Shown: positions 12,800-21,695 of the stretch, one piece after another | How the letters are laid out: each line of letters opens with the position of its first letter | Position numbering within the stretch: position 1 is the first letter of the stretch | Origin: Verrucomicrobiia bacterium | GTDB lineage: Bacteria > Verrucomicrobiota > Verrucomicrobiia > Limisphaerales > CAIMTB01 | Length of the DNA: 64,000 nucleotides | Reading direction: 5' to 3' | Assembly (NCBI GenBank): GCA_019634625.1 | Contig: JAHCBA010000028.1 | Coordinates: 3,283-67,282 of the forward strand | Notes under the pieces: model-generated | What the model was told of the DNA's origin: nothing | The model's input: only the letters and a program-made list of their open reading frames with translations | Database searches by the model: none | Program-made: the position numbers and the translations under genes

Positions 12800-13392
12800 C
12801 CGCCTCCCGGACACCCACCGATGAGGTCGAGATCCGTCGGGCCGGACCGGACGACTTCGCAATCGTCGCAGAACTGGCTCGAACGACCTGGCGCGCCCAT
12901 TTCCCCGGGATCATCACTCCGGCCCAGATCGAGTACATGCTCGATCGGCGCTACACGCCGGAAGCCCTCGACCGTGCTGTTCGGGACGAGGAACTCCTGT
13001 TCGAAGTGCTGAGGCGCGAGGGCCTTCCCTGCGCGTTTGCCGCCCACGCCGCCACCGAGGAGCCCGACGCCTGGAAACTGCATCAGCTCTATGTGCTCCC
13101 GGACTGGCAGCGCCACGGTCTCGGCGGAAGGCTCATGGCGCACGTCGAGCATTGGGCCCTCGCCCACGGCCGGCGCCGGCTCCTCCTCACCGTCAATCGC
13201 CGCAATCTCCCCGCCATCCTCGCCTACCAGCGCCGGGGCTTTCACATCCGCGAGGAGGCCGTGTTCGACATCGGCAACGGGTTCGTCATGGACGACTTCA
13301 TCATGGAGAAGCCCTTGGTCATGACCCCGCCAGGGGGCGCAGACCCTCGGTGCATGGACCGGGCAGGCGACGCGTCGAGTGCGAAGGGCTGA
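12796..13392 (+). CDS. GNAT family N-acetyltransferase
   Basis: ATG 12796 overlaps the upstream stop (ATGA). The acetyl-CoA motif LYVLPDWQRHGLGGRLMAHVEHWA is followed by RRLLLTVNRRNLPAILAYQRRGF. This is the tail of ORF 12103..13392. Confidence 0.85.
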   Translation: MTASRTPTDEVEIRRAGPDDFAIVAELARTTWRAHFPGIITPAQIEYMLDRRYTPEALDRAVRDEELLFEVLRREGLPCAFAAHAATEEPDAWKLHQLYVLPDWQRHGLGGRLMAHVEHWALAHGRRRLLLTVNRRNLPAILAYQRRGFHIREEAVFDIGNGFVMDDFIMEKPLVMTPPGGADPRCMDRAGDASSAKG

Positions 13393-13449
13393 ACTCGGCC
13401 CTCCGATTGCACCCCCCCGCTTCACCCTTCGGAGGGACGAGCTCCGCGA
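13391..13449 (+). repeat. Solo fragment of the MITE core (unit-unit junction type)
   Basis: gaactcggccctccgattgcacccccccgcttcacccttcggagggacgagctccgcga closely matches the internal junction of copy A (…ctcggccctccgattccaccaccacgcttcacccttcggagggacgagctccgcga…, 19726-19780). It begins at the GNAT stop codon. Confidence 0.7.
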
Positions 13450-13513
13450 ATGGTGCGCCGCATTCAAGGCTGGATGATCTCCCGGATTTCCTCCACGCTT
13501 CCGGCCTCACACC

Positions 13514-14878
13514 ATGACCTGTCGCACCGCACCCCCCACGGCCCTTTCAAGGGGCATTTCACGTCTGGTCTGGCTCGTTGCGCTCGCCGGCCTGACCGCC
13601 AGTGCCGTCGCCGCACCGAAGTCCATCCTCGTCGTGACCGTGACCAAGGGCTTCCGCCATTCGTCCATCCCCACCGCCGAGAAGGTGCTCGCCGACCTCG
13701 CCCAGCGGGATGGCAGCTTTACGGTGGACTATGCCCGAACCGATGATGACCTGGCCCGCAAGATGACGCTGCAGGCGCTCGAACGCTACGACGGCGTCAT
13801 TTTCGCCAACACCACCGGCAACCTGCCCCTCCCCGACGTGGCCGGCTTTCTCAAGTGGATTGAGAACGGCAAGGGCTTCATCGGCATGCATTCCGCCACC
13901 GACACGTTCGGCGGCCACAAGCCCCTTCATCCCTACACCGAGATGATCAACGGGGAGTTCAAGTACCACCGCGAGCAGGCCGAGGTCGAGGCGGTCAACA
14001 GCGACCCCGCCTTCCCCTCCAACCGCCATTTCGGACCGACCTACAAGGTCTTCGACGAGATCTACATTCTGAACGGCTACAACCGGAAGGCCGTGCGCGC
14101 CCTGCTCGACCTCGATCAGCATCCCAATTCCCGGCTCCCCGGCCATTACCCGATCAGCTGGGCGCGCACCTATGGCCATGGGCGTGTCTGGTACACGTCG
14201 CTCGGCCACCGCGAGGACGTCTGGGAAAGCAGCGATTACCAGAAACACATCCTGGGCGGCATCCGCTGGGCAGTCGGTCTCGAGTCCGGCGACGCCACCC
14301 CGCAGTCCCTTCGCCTCGAACTAAGCGCCGCCGAAAAGGCCGAGGGATTCCGCCCCCTCTTCAATGGCGAAGATCTCGCCGGCTGGCGCCTCCGCAATGC
14401 CGACGGTCACTTCAGCTGGAGCGCCCAGAATGGCATGCTCGTCAATCGCATGTCCGCCAACAACCAGGGCACGGACCTTGTCTCCGAGGAACGCTTCGGC
14501 GACTTCGTGGTCCGCTACGAGTACATGGTCCCCAAGGGCTCCAATTCCGGCTTCTACCTCCGCGGCCGGTACGAGATCCAGATCCTTGACGACCATGGCA
14601 ATCCCCCCGCCGACGGCGGCAACGGCGGCCTCTACAGCATCAAGGCCCCGGCCCGCAATGTCTCCAAACCCGCCGGCCAATGGCAGCAGGTCGAGGCCAC
14701 CCTCAAGGGCAATCGCGTCACCGTCGTTCTCAATGGCGTCAAGATCCATGACGACGTCGAACTGACCCGGGCCACCGGCGGCCAGCTCGACAACAACCTC
14801 GATCAGCCCGGTCCGTTCATGCTCCAGGGCGACCACGGGGCCGTCGCGTTCCGGAACATGCGCATCCGCCCGCTCTGA
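13514..14878 (+). CDS. ThuA-domain / DUF1080 (3-keto-disaccharide hydrolase-like) fusion protein, secreted
   Basis: Signal peptide, then ILVVTVTKGFRHSSIPTAEKVL...GFIGMHSATDTF...WYTSLGH (ThuA-like). The C-terminal part is FRPLFNGEDLAGWR...GFYLRGRYEIQILDD...GGLYS...GPFMLQGDHGAVAFRNMRIRPL (DUF1080 / LamG-like). Confidence 0.8.
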   Translation: MTCRTAPPTALSRGISRLVWLVALAGLTASAVAAPKSILVVTVTKGFRHSSIPTAEKVLADLAQRDGSFTVDYARTDDDLARKMTLQALERYDGVIFANTTGNLPLPDVAGFLKWIENGKGFIGMHSATDTFGGHKPLHPYTEMINGEFKYHREQAEVEAVNSDPAFPSNRHFGPTYKVFDEIYILNGYNRKAVRALLDLDQHPNSRLPGHYPISWARTYGHGRVWYTSLGHREDVWESSDYQKHILGGIRWAVGLESGDATPQSLRLELSAAEKAEGFRPLFNGEDLAGWRLRNADGHFSWSAQNGMLVNRMSANNQGTDLVSEERFGDFVVRYEYMVPKGSNSGFYLRGRYEIQILDDHGNPPADGGNGGLYSIKAPARNVSKPAGQWQQVEATLKGNRVTVVLNGVKIHDDVELTRATGGQLDNNLDQPGPFMLQGDHGAVAFRNMRIRPL

Positions 14879-14906
14879 CCTCCGTCGGCTCTCCCACGCC
14901 CCCCCG

Positions 14907-15608
14907 ATGGCGATCCCCGTGCCGGGAACGACGCCCCGGCAAATCCTCATCACCGGCACCGGCACCGGCGTTGGCAAAACCGTCCTCACCGCCCTGCTGG
15001 CCCGCCGGGCCGTGGAACAGGGGCTTCGCGTGGCCGCCTTCAAACCCCTCGCCTCGGGAAGCCGCGCCGATGCACGTCTTCTTCGCAGGGCGTCCGACAC
15101 CAAGCTCCCCCTCGAGATCCTCAATCCCTGGTCGTTCCGCCGCCCTCTGGCACCGCTCCTCGCCGCCCGTGCCGAGGGCCGGACCGTCCGCCGCGCCGAC
15201 CTGCTCCGCCACCTGGAAATTCATGGCGCAGGTCATGATTGCATCCTGATGGAGGGAGCCGGCGGATTGCGCACGCCGTTGGGCGAAGACTTCGACGCCC
15301 TCGACCTTCTCGGTGCCTGGCGGGCCCAACCCGTCCTGGTCGCCGTCAACCGCCTCGGGGTCCTGCACGAGGTCCTCCTCGCCTGGGACGCCCTCCCGGC
15401 GGGCGCCCGCCGCCTCGGGCGGGTCGTTCTCATGGCTCCGTCGCGGCGCGATCCGTCGTGCCGGACCAACCCGCTCTATCTCCGCGAACGACTCGGCGTG
15501 GATCGGATCGTCGAGGTTCCCCGGCTGCCCCAGTGGCCCGGCCTGCTCAGACGTCCCCTGACACCCGGGCTCCGGCGGACGTTGGATTTCCTGCTGGCGG
15601 GCCGCTGA
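14907..15608 (+). CDS. bioD: Dethiobiotin synthase
   Basis: ILITGTGTGVGKTVLTALLARRA P-loop, FKPLASG and ILMEGAGGLRTPL match the BioD pattern. Confidence 0.8.
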   Translation: MAIPVPGTTPRQILITGTGTGVGKTVLTALLARRAVEQGLRVAAFKPLASGSRADARLLRRASDTKLPLEILNPWSFRRPLAPLLAARAEGRTVRRADLLRHLEIHGAGHDCILMEGAGGLRTPLGEDFDALDLLGAWRAQPVLVAVNRLGVLHEVLLAWDALPAGARRLGRVVLMAPSRRDPSCRTNPLYLRERLGVDRIVEVPRLPQWPGLLRRPLTPGLRRTLDFLLAGR

Positions 15609-15689
15609 CGGCGCGAGTGCGGATCGCGCGTTGCCGCCCCGCCGTATCCATGCAGTCAGAACGAAGGCGATGGTGCCGCCGATGACGGC

Positions 15690-16505
15690 TCAGGGCTTGT
15701 TTCCGGGCGCCGCAGTCTCCTGGTACATCTTCTTCTCCCACCGCGCCTGCTTGCCCTTCGCCTCCCGGATGAAGGGCGCCAGGGTGGCCATGTTGAGCAC
15801 CCGATCGTTCAGCCAGGCGTAGGGCTGCCGCATCGGCCGGGCGAAATCGACGAACAACACCACCCTGTAGCCCTCGGTGTCGTTCCACACCTCGTGATTA
15901 TAGGTGTCGTCGAACACCAGACACCGGCCCTCCTCCCAATGGCAGATCTGGTCCGCAATCCGGATCCGCACCTGGTCCCGCGGTTCCGGCACCATCAGAC
16001 CGAGGTGCAACCGCAGCACTCCGACATACGGACCCCGGTGCGGCGGAATGTGTTTGTGGGGCGAAAGAATCGAGAAGAACGCCGTCTTCACCCCGGGGAT
16101 CCTGCGCAGCACCCGCATCGTTTCCGGGCAGCGCCGCGCGTTCTCCTCGCAGTCCATCCCGATGCCCGTCAGGAAGAAAGTCTTCCACTGGTCGTCCTTC
16201 TGGATCAGCCCGACCTCCTTCACGATGTCCTGAAACGAGGGCATCCGGTCCCGGAACTGCATCACCGCATCCAGCTCGGCGCGGACAGCCTTCCACTCCG
16301 ACTCGACCTCGCCAATCCAGGGGAACTGCTCGGGACGGTACACCGGCACATCCGGCACCAGCGAAGCCTTGGCCAGCCGCGCCTCGATGGCGTCACCCGT
16401 GCGGGCCAGCAGCTTCCGAACTGGCGTCTTCGGCGGCTTCAGCCGGAAGGTCCGATCAAGGATGTTGGCAGGAATGTTCGGGCCCGAAAACGAAACGTCC
16501 TTCAT
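15690..16505 (-). CDS. Aspartyl/asparaginyl beta-hydroxylase family (2OG-Fe(II) dioxygenase, LpxO-like)
   Basis: The start is taken at ATG 16505 (MKDVSFSG...). KTAFFSILSPHKHIPPHRGPYVGVLRLHLGLMVP and CHWEEGRCLVFDDTYNHEVWNDT are family hallmarks. The upstream 180 residues of ORF 15690..17048 are not protein-like. Confidence 0.85.
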   Translation of the reverse strand: MKDVSFSGPNIPANILDRTFRLKPPKTPVRKLLARTGDAIEARLAKASLVPDVPVYRPEQFPWIGEVESEWKAVRAELDAVMQFRDRMPSFQDIVKEVGLIQKDDQWKTFFLTGIGMDCEENARRCPETMRVLRRIPGVKTAFFSILSPHKHIPPHRGPYVGVLRLHLGLMVPEPRDQVRIRIADQICHWEEGRCLVFDDTYNHEVWNDTEGYRVVLFVDFARPMRQPYAWLNDRVLNMATLAPFIREAKGKQARWEKKMYQETAAPGNKP

Positions 16506-16566
16506 GAAGTGAACGGCCCCGAAGCTGCCGCCCCCCCACCCCCCTGCCAATCCCAATTTGCAATGA

Positions 16567-16610
16567 AATGGCCTGAAACTCCGTGCATATGCACGGAGTT
16601 TCAGGCCATT
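16567..16610. repeat. Perfect 44-bp palindrome (palindromic element family, copy 1)
   Basis: aatggcctgaaactccgtgcat|atgcacggagtttcaggccatt has 22-nt arms with no mismatch. It is related to the 46-bp palindrome at 40490-40535. Confidence 0.9.
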
Positions 16611-16818
16611 GGTGCCGGTTCGGCCACAGCTCAGATTCCTGGAACTCGCCCATGCCATTCCTCGTGGGGTCTCGTACTCAGCCCGAAGGGCGGTGCTCCT
16701 CCTCGTCCTCGAATCACGATCCCAAGTACGAGGCCTCCTGCAACAAACCGGGATTCGCCCTTCCGGATCGGCCGCGTTCCGCCCGCCCTCCCGATCCCGG
16801 CCCCGCTCTCCCCCTCCT

Positions 16819-17403
16819 TCATGGCGTCGTCCGCCGGCGCAGGATCCGAAACACGGAATCCCCGTGCGCCAGTTCCCGCGCCTCCTCCCAGCCGGGCGGA
16901 ATGCGGATCTCGTCCCGCCGCGCATGACCCAGGGCCACGATGCCACCCGGCGCCAGCACCTGCGCGGTTTCCTCCGCGTCCACCAGCCGCTGCGACCAGG
17001 ATTCGGAAGGCTTGCCGCGGGTCGGAGTTCCAAACGGCGGATCCGCAAGAATCAGATCGAATCGACGTCCGGCCTGCACCAACTGCCGCAACCCCGTCAG
17101 CGCATCCTGCACGCGGAGTTCGTGCCGTTCGGCCGGCAACCCCAGCCTTGCGGCGTTGTCCCGGATGCAGCGGGCATGCTTGGCCGAAAGCTCCACGCTC
17201 ACCACCTCGCGCGCACCGCGGCTCAGACATTCCAGCCCCAACGCGCCCGTCCCCGAAAACAGGTCCAGCACCGCGGCCCCGTCCGGAATGGTCCCGAGAC
17301 TGTTGAACAGCGCCTGCCGGACCAGGTCCGGCGTCGGCCGCACCGCCCAGCCCTTGGGCACCGTCAACAACCGGCCCCCGACACTCCCGCCAATGATGCG
17401 CAC
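16819..17403 (-). CDS. rsmD: 16S rRNA (guanine966-N2)-methyltransferase RsmD
   Basis: [56 protein letters not shown] and ILADPPFG. The likely GTG start is at 17403. The N-terminal 30 residues of ORF 16819..17493 are read out of a repeat fragment. Confidence 0.85.
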   Translation of the reverse strand: MRIIGGSVGGRLLTVPKGWAVRPTPDLVRQALFNSLGTIPDGAAVLDLFSGTGALGLECLSRGAREVVSVELSAKHARCIRDNAARLGLPAERHELRVQDALTGLRQLVQAGRRFDLILADPPFGTPTRGKPSESWSQRLVDAEETAQVLAPGGIVALGHARRDEIRIPPGWEEARELAHGDSVFRILRRRTTP

Positions 17404-17476
17404 CCCGCATGGTGGGGACAGCTCCGTGCCGGTTTCCAAGCGCCAATCCGGCCTTTCCTGTCCACCGCTCCACTCC

Positions 17477-17567
17477 GGAGGGACGAGTTCCACGAGTCCT
17501 CATCCCATCGCACCCCTTCCCTGCAGCCTCGTGCAACCCGGCCCTCCGATGCCACCCCTCCACCACG
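17477..17567 (+). repeat. Diverged solo copy of the MITE core unit
   Basis: ggagggacgagttccacgagtcctcatccc...cctcgtgcaacccggccctccgatgccacccctccaccacg aligns at roughly 70% (by eye) with core unit 1 of copy A (19661-19757). No terminal inverted repeats are present. Confidence 0.55.
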
Positions 17568-17613
17568 TTTTTGATCGAACGCCACCCCCGCCCCGCCGAT
17601 CCTCGCGCCCGCC

Positions 17614-18648
17614 ATGCCGGGCGAACCGTCGCCAGTCCCCAACCTTCTCGAAATCCGCGGCCTCAGCATCGGCTTCCGCCTGGAGCGGTCCCGCACGGTT
17701 CGTGTCGTCGAGGACGTCTGCCTCTCCCTCCGTCGCGGGGAAACCCTGGGGTTGGTCGGCGAGAGCGGATGTGGCAAGAGCCTGACCGCGCTGTCCATCG
17801 CCCGCCTCCTCCCGTCGCCCCCCGCCGAAATCGCCTCCGGCGAGATCCTGATCGAAGGTCGCAACGTGCTTGCCATGTCCCGGTCCGAACTCCGGACGGT
17901 CCGCGGCGGCGTGGTGAGTTATGTCTTCCAGGATGCCGGCGCCTCGCTCAATCCGGTGCAACGCATCGGTACTCAGATCCGGGAATGCCTCCGGATCCAC
18001 CGTCCCGAAGCGGCCGGGGAGGAGGAAGTGCTGCGTCTTCTGCGACGGGTGGGCATTCCCGCGGCCGGGGAGCGGATGCGCAGTTTTCCACACGAGTTGT
18101 CCGGCGGCATGCAGCAGCGCGTGATGCTGGCCCTGGCGATCGCGCCCCGCCCAAAACTCCTGATCGCCGACGAACCGACCACCGCGCTCGACGTCACCCT
18201 CCAGGCCCAGATCATCGACCTGCTTCGGGAACTCCAGGGCGAACTCGGCATGAGCATCCTCCTCATCACCCACAACCTCGGCATCGTCGGCGATCTCGCC
18301 GATCACATCGCCGTGATGTACGCCGGTCAGATCGTCGAGACCGGTCCCACCCGCGCGGTCCTGCAATCCCCCGCCCATCCCTACACGCAGGCCCTCATGG
18401 ATTCCGTGCCCGCCTCGGGCGCCCCGGTGGAACGTCTCCGCACCATTCCCGGCATCGTTCCACCCCCTGGCGCGTGGCCAACCGGCTGCCGCTTCCATCC
18501 CCGTTGCCCTGTCCGTCAGGACGACTGCGCCAGCCACGATCCCATGCTCTCCCCGCGGGTCCCGACGGATTCGCAATCGCGCCTCGTCCGTTGCCCCCAT
18601 GCGCCCGGCGTGCTCGCGCCGACTTCCACCCGGACCATGCCTTCATGA
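17614..18648 (+). CDS. Oligopeptide/dipeptide ABC transporter ATP-binding protein (OppD/DppD type)
   Basis: GESGCGKS Walker [28 protein letters not shown], and the C-terminal oligopeptide-ABC extension [12 protein letters not shown]...CRFHPRCP. Confidence 0.9.
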   Translation: MPGEPSPVPNLLEIRGLSIGFRLERSRTVRVVEDVCLSLRRGETLGLVGESGCGKSLTALSIARLLPSPPAEIASGEILIEGRNVLAMSRSELRTVRGGVVSYVFQDAGASLNPVQRIGTQIRECLRIHRPEAAGEEEVLRLLRRVGIPAAGERMRSFPHELSGGMQQRVMLALAIAPRPKLLIADEPTTALDVTLQAQIIDLLRELQGELGMSILLITHNLGIVGDLADHIAVMYAGQIVETGPTRAVLQSPAHPYTQALMDSVPASGAPVERLRTIPGIVPPPGAWPTGCRFHPRCPVRQDDCASHDPMLSPRVPTDSQSRLVRCPHAPGVLAPTSTRTMPS

Positions 18649-19646
18649 GCCTCCTCGACGCCCGCCACCTTTCCGTCCGCTTCCCCCTGCGCCGCGGGCT
18701 GTGGCGCCGGCCGGTCGGGTGGGTTCACGCCGTCAACGACGTCAGCTTCGCCATCGACGACGGGGAAACGGTCGGACTGGTCGGGGAAAGCGGATGCGGC
18801 AAGTCCACGCTCGCCCGCGCCGTCGCCCGGCTGCTTCCCGTCTCCGGAGGTTCCATCCATTTCGAAGGCGGGGACATCACCCGCCTCACCGGCCGCGCCC
18901 TGCGGGAACACCGCCGCCACCTTCAGATGATCTTCCAGGATCCCTACGGATCCCTGAATCCCCGCCTCTCCATCGAGGCCATCGTCGGTGAGGCCCTCGA
19001 CATCCATGGTCTCGCCCGCCATCCCAGGGAACGCCGGTCCCGGATCGAACGTCTCCTCGCCGACGTCGGACTCGATGCCACTCATGCCCGGCGTTACCCG
19101 CATGAACTCAGCGGCGGCCAACGCCAGCGCGTCGGCATCGCGCGCTCCCTGGCCGTGGAACCCCGCCTGCTCGTCTGTGACGAACCGGTGAGCGCCCTCG
19201 ACGTCTCGATCCAGGCCCAGATCGTCAACCTCCTGCAGGACCTCCAGCAGCAACGCCGCCTCGCCTACCTCTTCATCGCCCATGACCTCGCAGTGGTCGA
19301 ACACATCAGCCGGCGCATCCTCGTGATGTACCTCGGCCGCGTCGTCGAGACCGCTCCCGCCCGCGCCCTGTGCGCCCATCCCCTCCATCCCTACACCCAG
19401 GCCCTGCTCTCCGCCGTTCCCGTGGTCGATCCCGACCGCAAACGGCGCCGCATCCTCCTGAACGGCGACCTTCCCTCCCCCATCCACCCCCCCTCCGGCT
19501 GCCCGTTCCATCCCCGCTGCCCGCTCGCTGAAGACCGTTGCCGCACCGAGTTGCCCGCCCTCCGCGAGCATCGCCCGGGACATCTCGCCGCCTGCCACCT
19601 CCTCCCGACTGCCCCAGAACCCCTTGCATCCCGGAGTTGTGGGTGA
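18645..19646 (+). CDS. Oligopeptide/dipeptide ABC transporter ATP-binding protein (OppF/DppF type)
   Basis: ATG 18645 overlaps the OppD-like stop (ATGA). [36 protein letters not shown] and [12 protein letters not shown]...CPFHPRCP. The last 7 codons plus the TGA (19623-19646) lie inside MITE copy A. This is the tail of ORF 17409..19646. Confidence 0.9.
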   Translation: MSLLDARHLSVRFPLRRGLWRRPVGWVHAVNDVSFAIDDGETVGLVGESGCGKSTLARAVARLLPVSGGSIHFEGGDITRLTGRALREHRRHLQMIFQDPYGSLNPRLSIEAIVGEALDIHGLARHPRERRSRIERLLADVGLDATHARRYPHELSGGQRQRVGIARSLAVEPRLLVCDEPVSALDVSIQAQIVNLLQDLQQQRRLAYLFIAHDLAVVEHISRRILVMYLGRVVETAPARALCAHPLHPYTQALLSAVPVVDPDRKRRRILLNGDLPSPIHPPSGCPFHPRCPLAEDRCRTELPALREHRPGHLAACHLLPTAPEPLASRSCG

Positions 19647-19879
19647 GGAGGCAACGAATCGGAGGGACGAGCTCCGCGAGTCCTCAACTCAATGCTCCAC
19701 ACCGCTGCGGCCTCCCAGAGCTCGGCCCTCCGATTCCACCACCACGCTTCACCCTTCGGAGGGACGAGCTCCGCGAGTCCTCAATCCAACGCTCCACACC
19801 GCTGCGGCCTCGTGGAACTCGGCCCTCCGAAACGACGCTTCGCGAAATTCGCACCTCTCCCCACAACTCCGGGATGCAC
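19624..19879 (+). mobile_element. MITE-like element, copy A (256 bp, with internal ~97-bp tandem duplication of the core)
   Basis: Termini are ttgcatcccggagttgtggg ... cccacaactccgggatgcac. The core ggagggacgagctccgcgagtcc...ctcggccctccga is present twice (19661-19757 and 19758-~19850). Confidence 0.8.
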
Positions 19880-19949
19880 CGGGTGAAACCCGCCCGTCAC
19901 ACCGGCGCTTGACCCCCGCCCCCCGTGGTTCCGACCATGCGCCCAGCGC

Positions 19950-20969
19950 ATGAAGCTCTTCCCGATCCAGATTCTGGTTGGCGCGACGGCCTCGCTCTGC
20001 CTGCTCGCCGCCCCTGCCGCGCGGGCCCAGGGCATGGAGACGGTCAACGGCATCGCCGCCCTGGTGGGCAGTTCCGTGATCACCCGGGAGCAGGTCGAAC
20101 GGACCGCCTTCCGGGCCATTCAGGCCTATCGCGACCAGTTCGCCGCGCAACCCCTCCTCTTCCGCCAAAGGGTCGATACCGCCCTTCGCGAAAGCCTGGA
20201 CCGCCTGGTCGAGCGACGCCTCATCCTCCAGGAAGCCGAAAACCTCATGCTCAACATCCCCGAGTCCATCATCGAGGACCGGGTCCAGGCGGAGATCAAA
20301 CAGATCTACACCGACCGTGCCACCCTCACCCGGTCGCTCCAGGAACAGGGCCTGACCTTCGAAGGCTTCCGCCGCGAAATCCGCGAGCAGTTCATCGAAG
20401 CGGTCATGCGCAACCGCCATGTTCCCCGCGACATCCTCATCTCCCCCGGCCGGATCGAACGGTACTACCGCGACAACGAGGAACGGTTCCGCGTCCTCGA
20501 CCAGGTCCGACTCCGCATGATCGTCCTCGACCGGACCCGCAACCCCGTCGATGCCGTGGTCCTCGGCCGGGAAATCCTCGCCAAACTCGATGAAGGAGCG
20601 GAGTTCAGCGAGATGGCCGCCGTCTATTCCGACGGTTCCCAGGCGCGCGAAGGGGGTCTCTGGGGCTGGGTCGATCGCAACGTCCTCCGCGAGGACCTCG
20701 CCGAACTCGCCTTTCAACTTCCCGCCGGACGCCGCAGCGACCTCATCGAGAAACCCGAGGCGGTCTACATCATGTTCGTCGAAGAGGTCCGCACAGCCCA
20801 CATCCGCCCCATCACCGAAGTCCGTGCCGAAATCGAGCGCACCCTCATCGACACCGAACGCGATCGCCTCGCCCAGCAGTGGCTGGATCGGCTCCGCAAA
20901 AAAGCCTTCGTCCGCTACTTCTGGATCATCCCCACTTCTCAACCCGCAACTGCTCCTTTGGGATCATGA
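19950..20969 (+). CDS. SurA-like periplasmic chaperone / PpiC-type peptidyl-prolyl isomerase
   Basis: Signal peptide (LCLLAAPAARAQG), a SurA N-terminal-like helical region (IAALVGSSVITREQVER...) and a parvulin-like segment (LDEGAEFSEMAAVYSDGSQAREGGLWGWV). Confidence 0.75.
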   Translation: MKLFPIQILVGATASLCLLAAPAARAQGMETVNGIAALVGSSVITREQVERTAFRAIQAYRDQFAAQPLLFRQRVDTALRESLDRLVERRLILQEAENLMLNIPESIIEDRVQAEIKQIYTDRATLTRSLQEQGLTFEGFRREIREQFIEAVMRNRHVPRDILISPGRIERYYRDNEERFRVLDQVRLRMIVLDRTRNPVDAVVLGREILAKLDEGAEFSEMAAVYSDGSQAREGGLWGWVDRNVLREDLAELAFQLPAGRRSDLIEKPEAVYIMFVEEVRTAHIRPITEVRAEIERTLIDTERDRLAQQWLDRLRKKAFVRYFWIIPTSQPATAPLGS

Positions 20970-21642
20970 GATCCTCCAGGACCAGTCGCTCGGCAAACTC
21001 CACCAGCGCGTTCGGGCCGCACGCATAAAAGGTCGTCCGCGCCGGGTCCCCAAGGTGCTGCCGCACCCAATGCCCCGTCACCCGCCCGTGGTGTCCCGCC
21101 CATCCGTCGTCCGCCGTCGCCCGGGTACACGTGACATGAAACTCGAAATGCGGGTTCTCCCGCGCCAGGGCCTCGAACTCCTCCCGAAAGATGATGTCCA
21201 CCGGCCGGCGCACACTGTAGAGAATCGTAATCCGCGTCGGGAGCTGGCGCCGCGTCGCCTCCCGCACAAACCCCCGGAACGGCGTCACCCCGGACCCGCC
21301 CGCAATGCAGATCAAATGCCGGTCCGGCTCGAACACCGGCAGAAACCTTCCCGCCGGCGGCAGCACCCCCATCCGATGCCCCTCCCGCACCCAGTCCACA
21401 ATCCGCGTCCCCATCTTCCCCTCCCGCTTCACGGTCACCTCGAAATACCCTCGGTCGAGCGCGCACGATGAGAGCGAATACGCCCGCTTGTATTGCGGCG
21501 TATCGGGCCAGAACAACGTCACGAACTGCCCCGTCTTGAACTCGATGTCGTACCCGTCCGGCCACCGGAGCAGCAGCGTCTTCACGTCCGCCGCCTCCGC
21601 CGTCACCTTCTCCACCGGCATCTCCGCAATGATCTTCGCCAT
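20926..21642 (-). CDS. Ferredoxin-NADP reductase-like FAD/NAD(P)-binding oxidoreductase
   Basis: FAD-binding RAYSLSS, GKMGTRIVDW, the NAD-binding ICIAGGSGVTPF, and the C-terminal YACGPNALV. Confidence 0.85.
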   Translation of the reverse strand: MAKIIAEMPVEKVTAEAADVKTLLLRWPDGYDIEFKTGQFVTLFWPDTPQYKRAYSLSSCALDRGYFEVTVKREGKMGTRIVDWVREGHRMGVLPPAGRFLPVFEPDRHLICIAGGSGVTPFRGFVREATRRQLPTRITILYSVRRPVDIIFREEFEALARENPHFEFHVTCTRATADDGWAGHHGRVTGHWVRQHLGDPARTTFYACGPNALVEFAERLVLEDLMIPKEQLRVEKWG

Positions 21643-21695
21643 ATCGCATTCTCCCTGACCGCCCGCTCAACGCGTTCCCTGCCCAAACCGCTCCA

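Noticed and set aside
17409-18644. N-terminal ~410 residues of the 745-aa ORF 17409..19646
   Set aside because: This is an Arg/Pro-rich out-of-frame read-through of the OppD-like gene. Only the part from ATG 18645 (the OppF-like protein) is protein-like.
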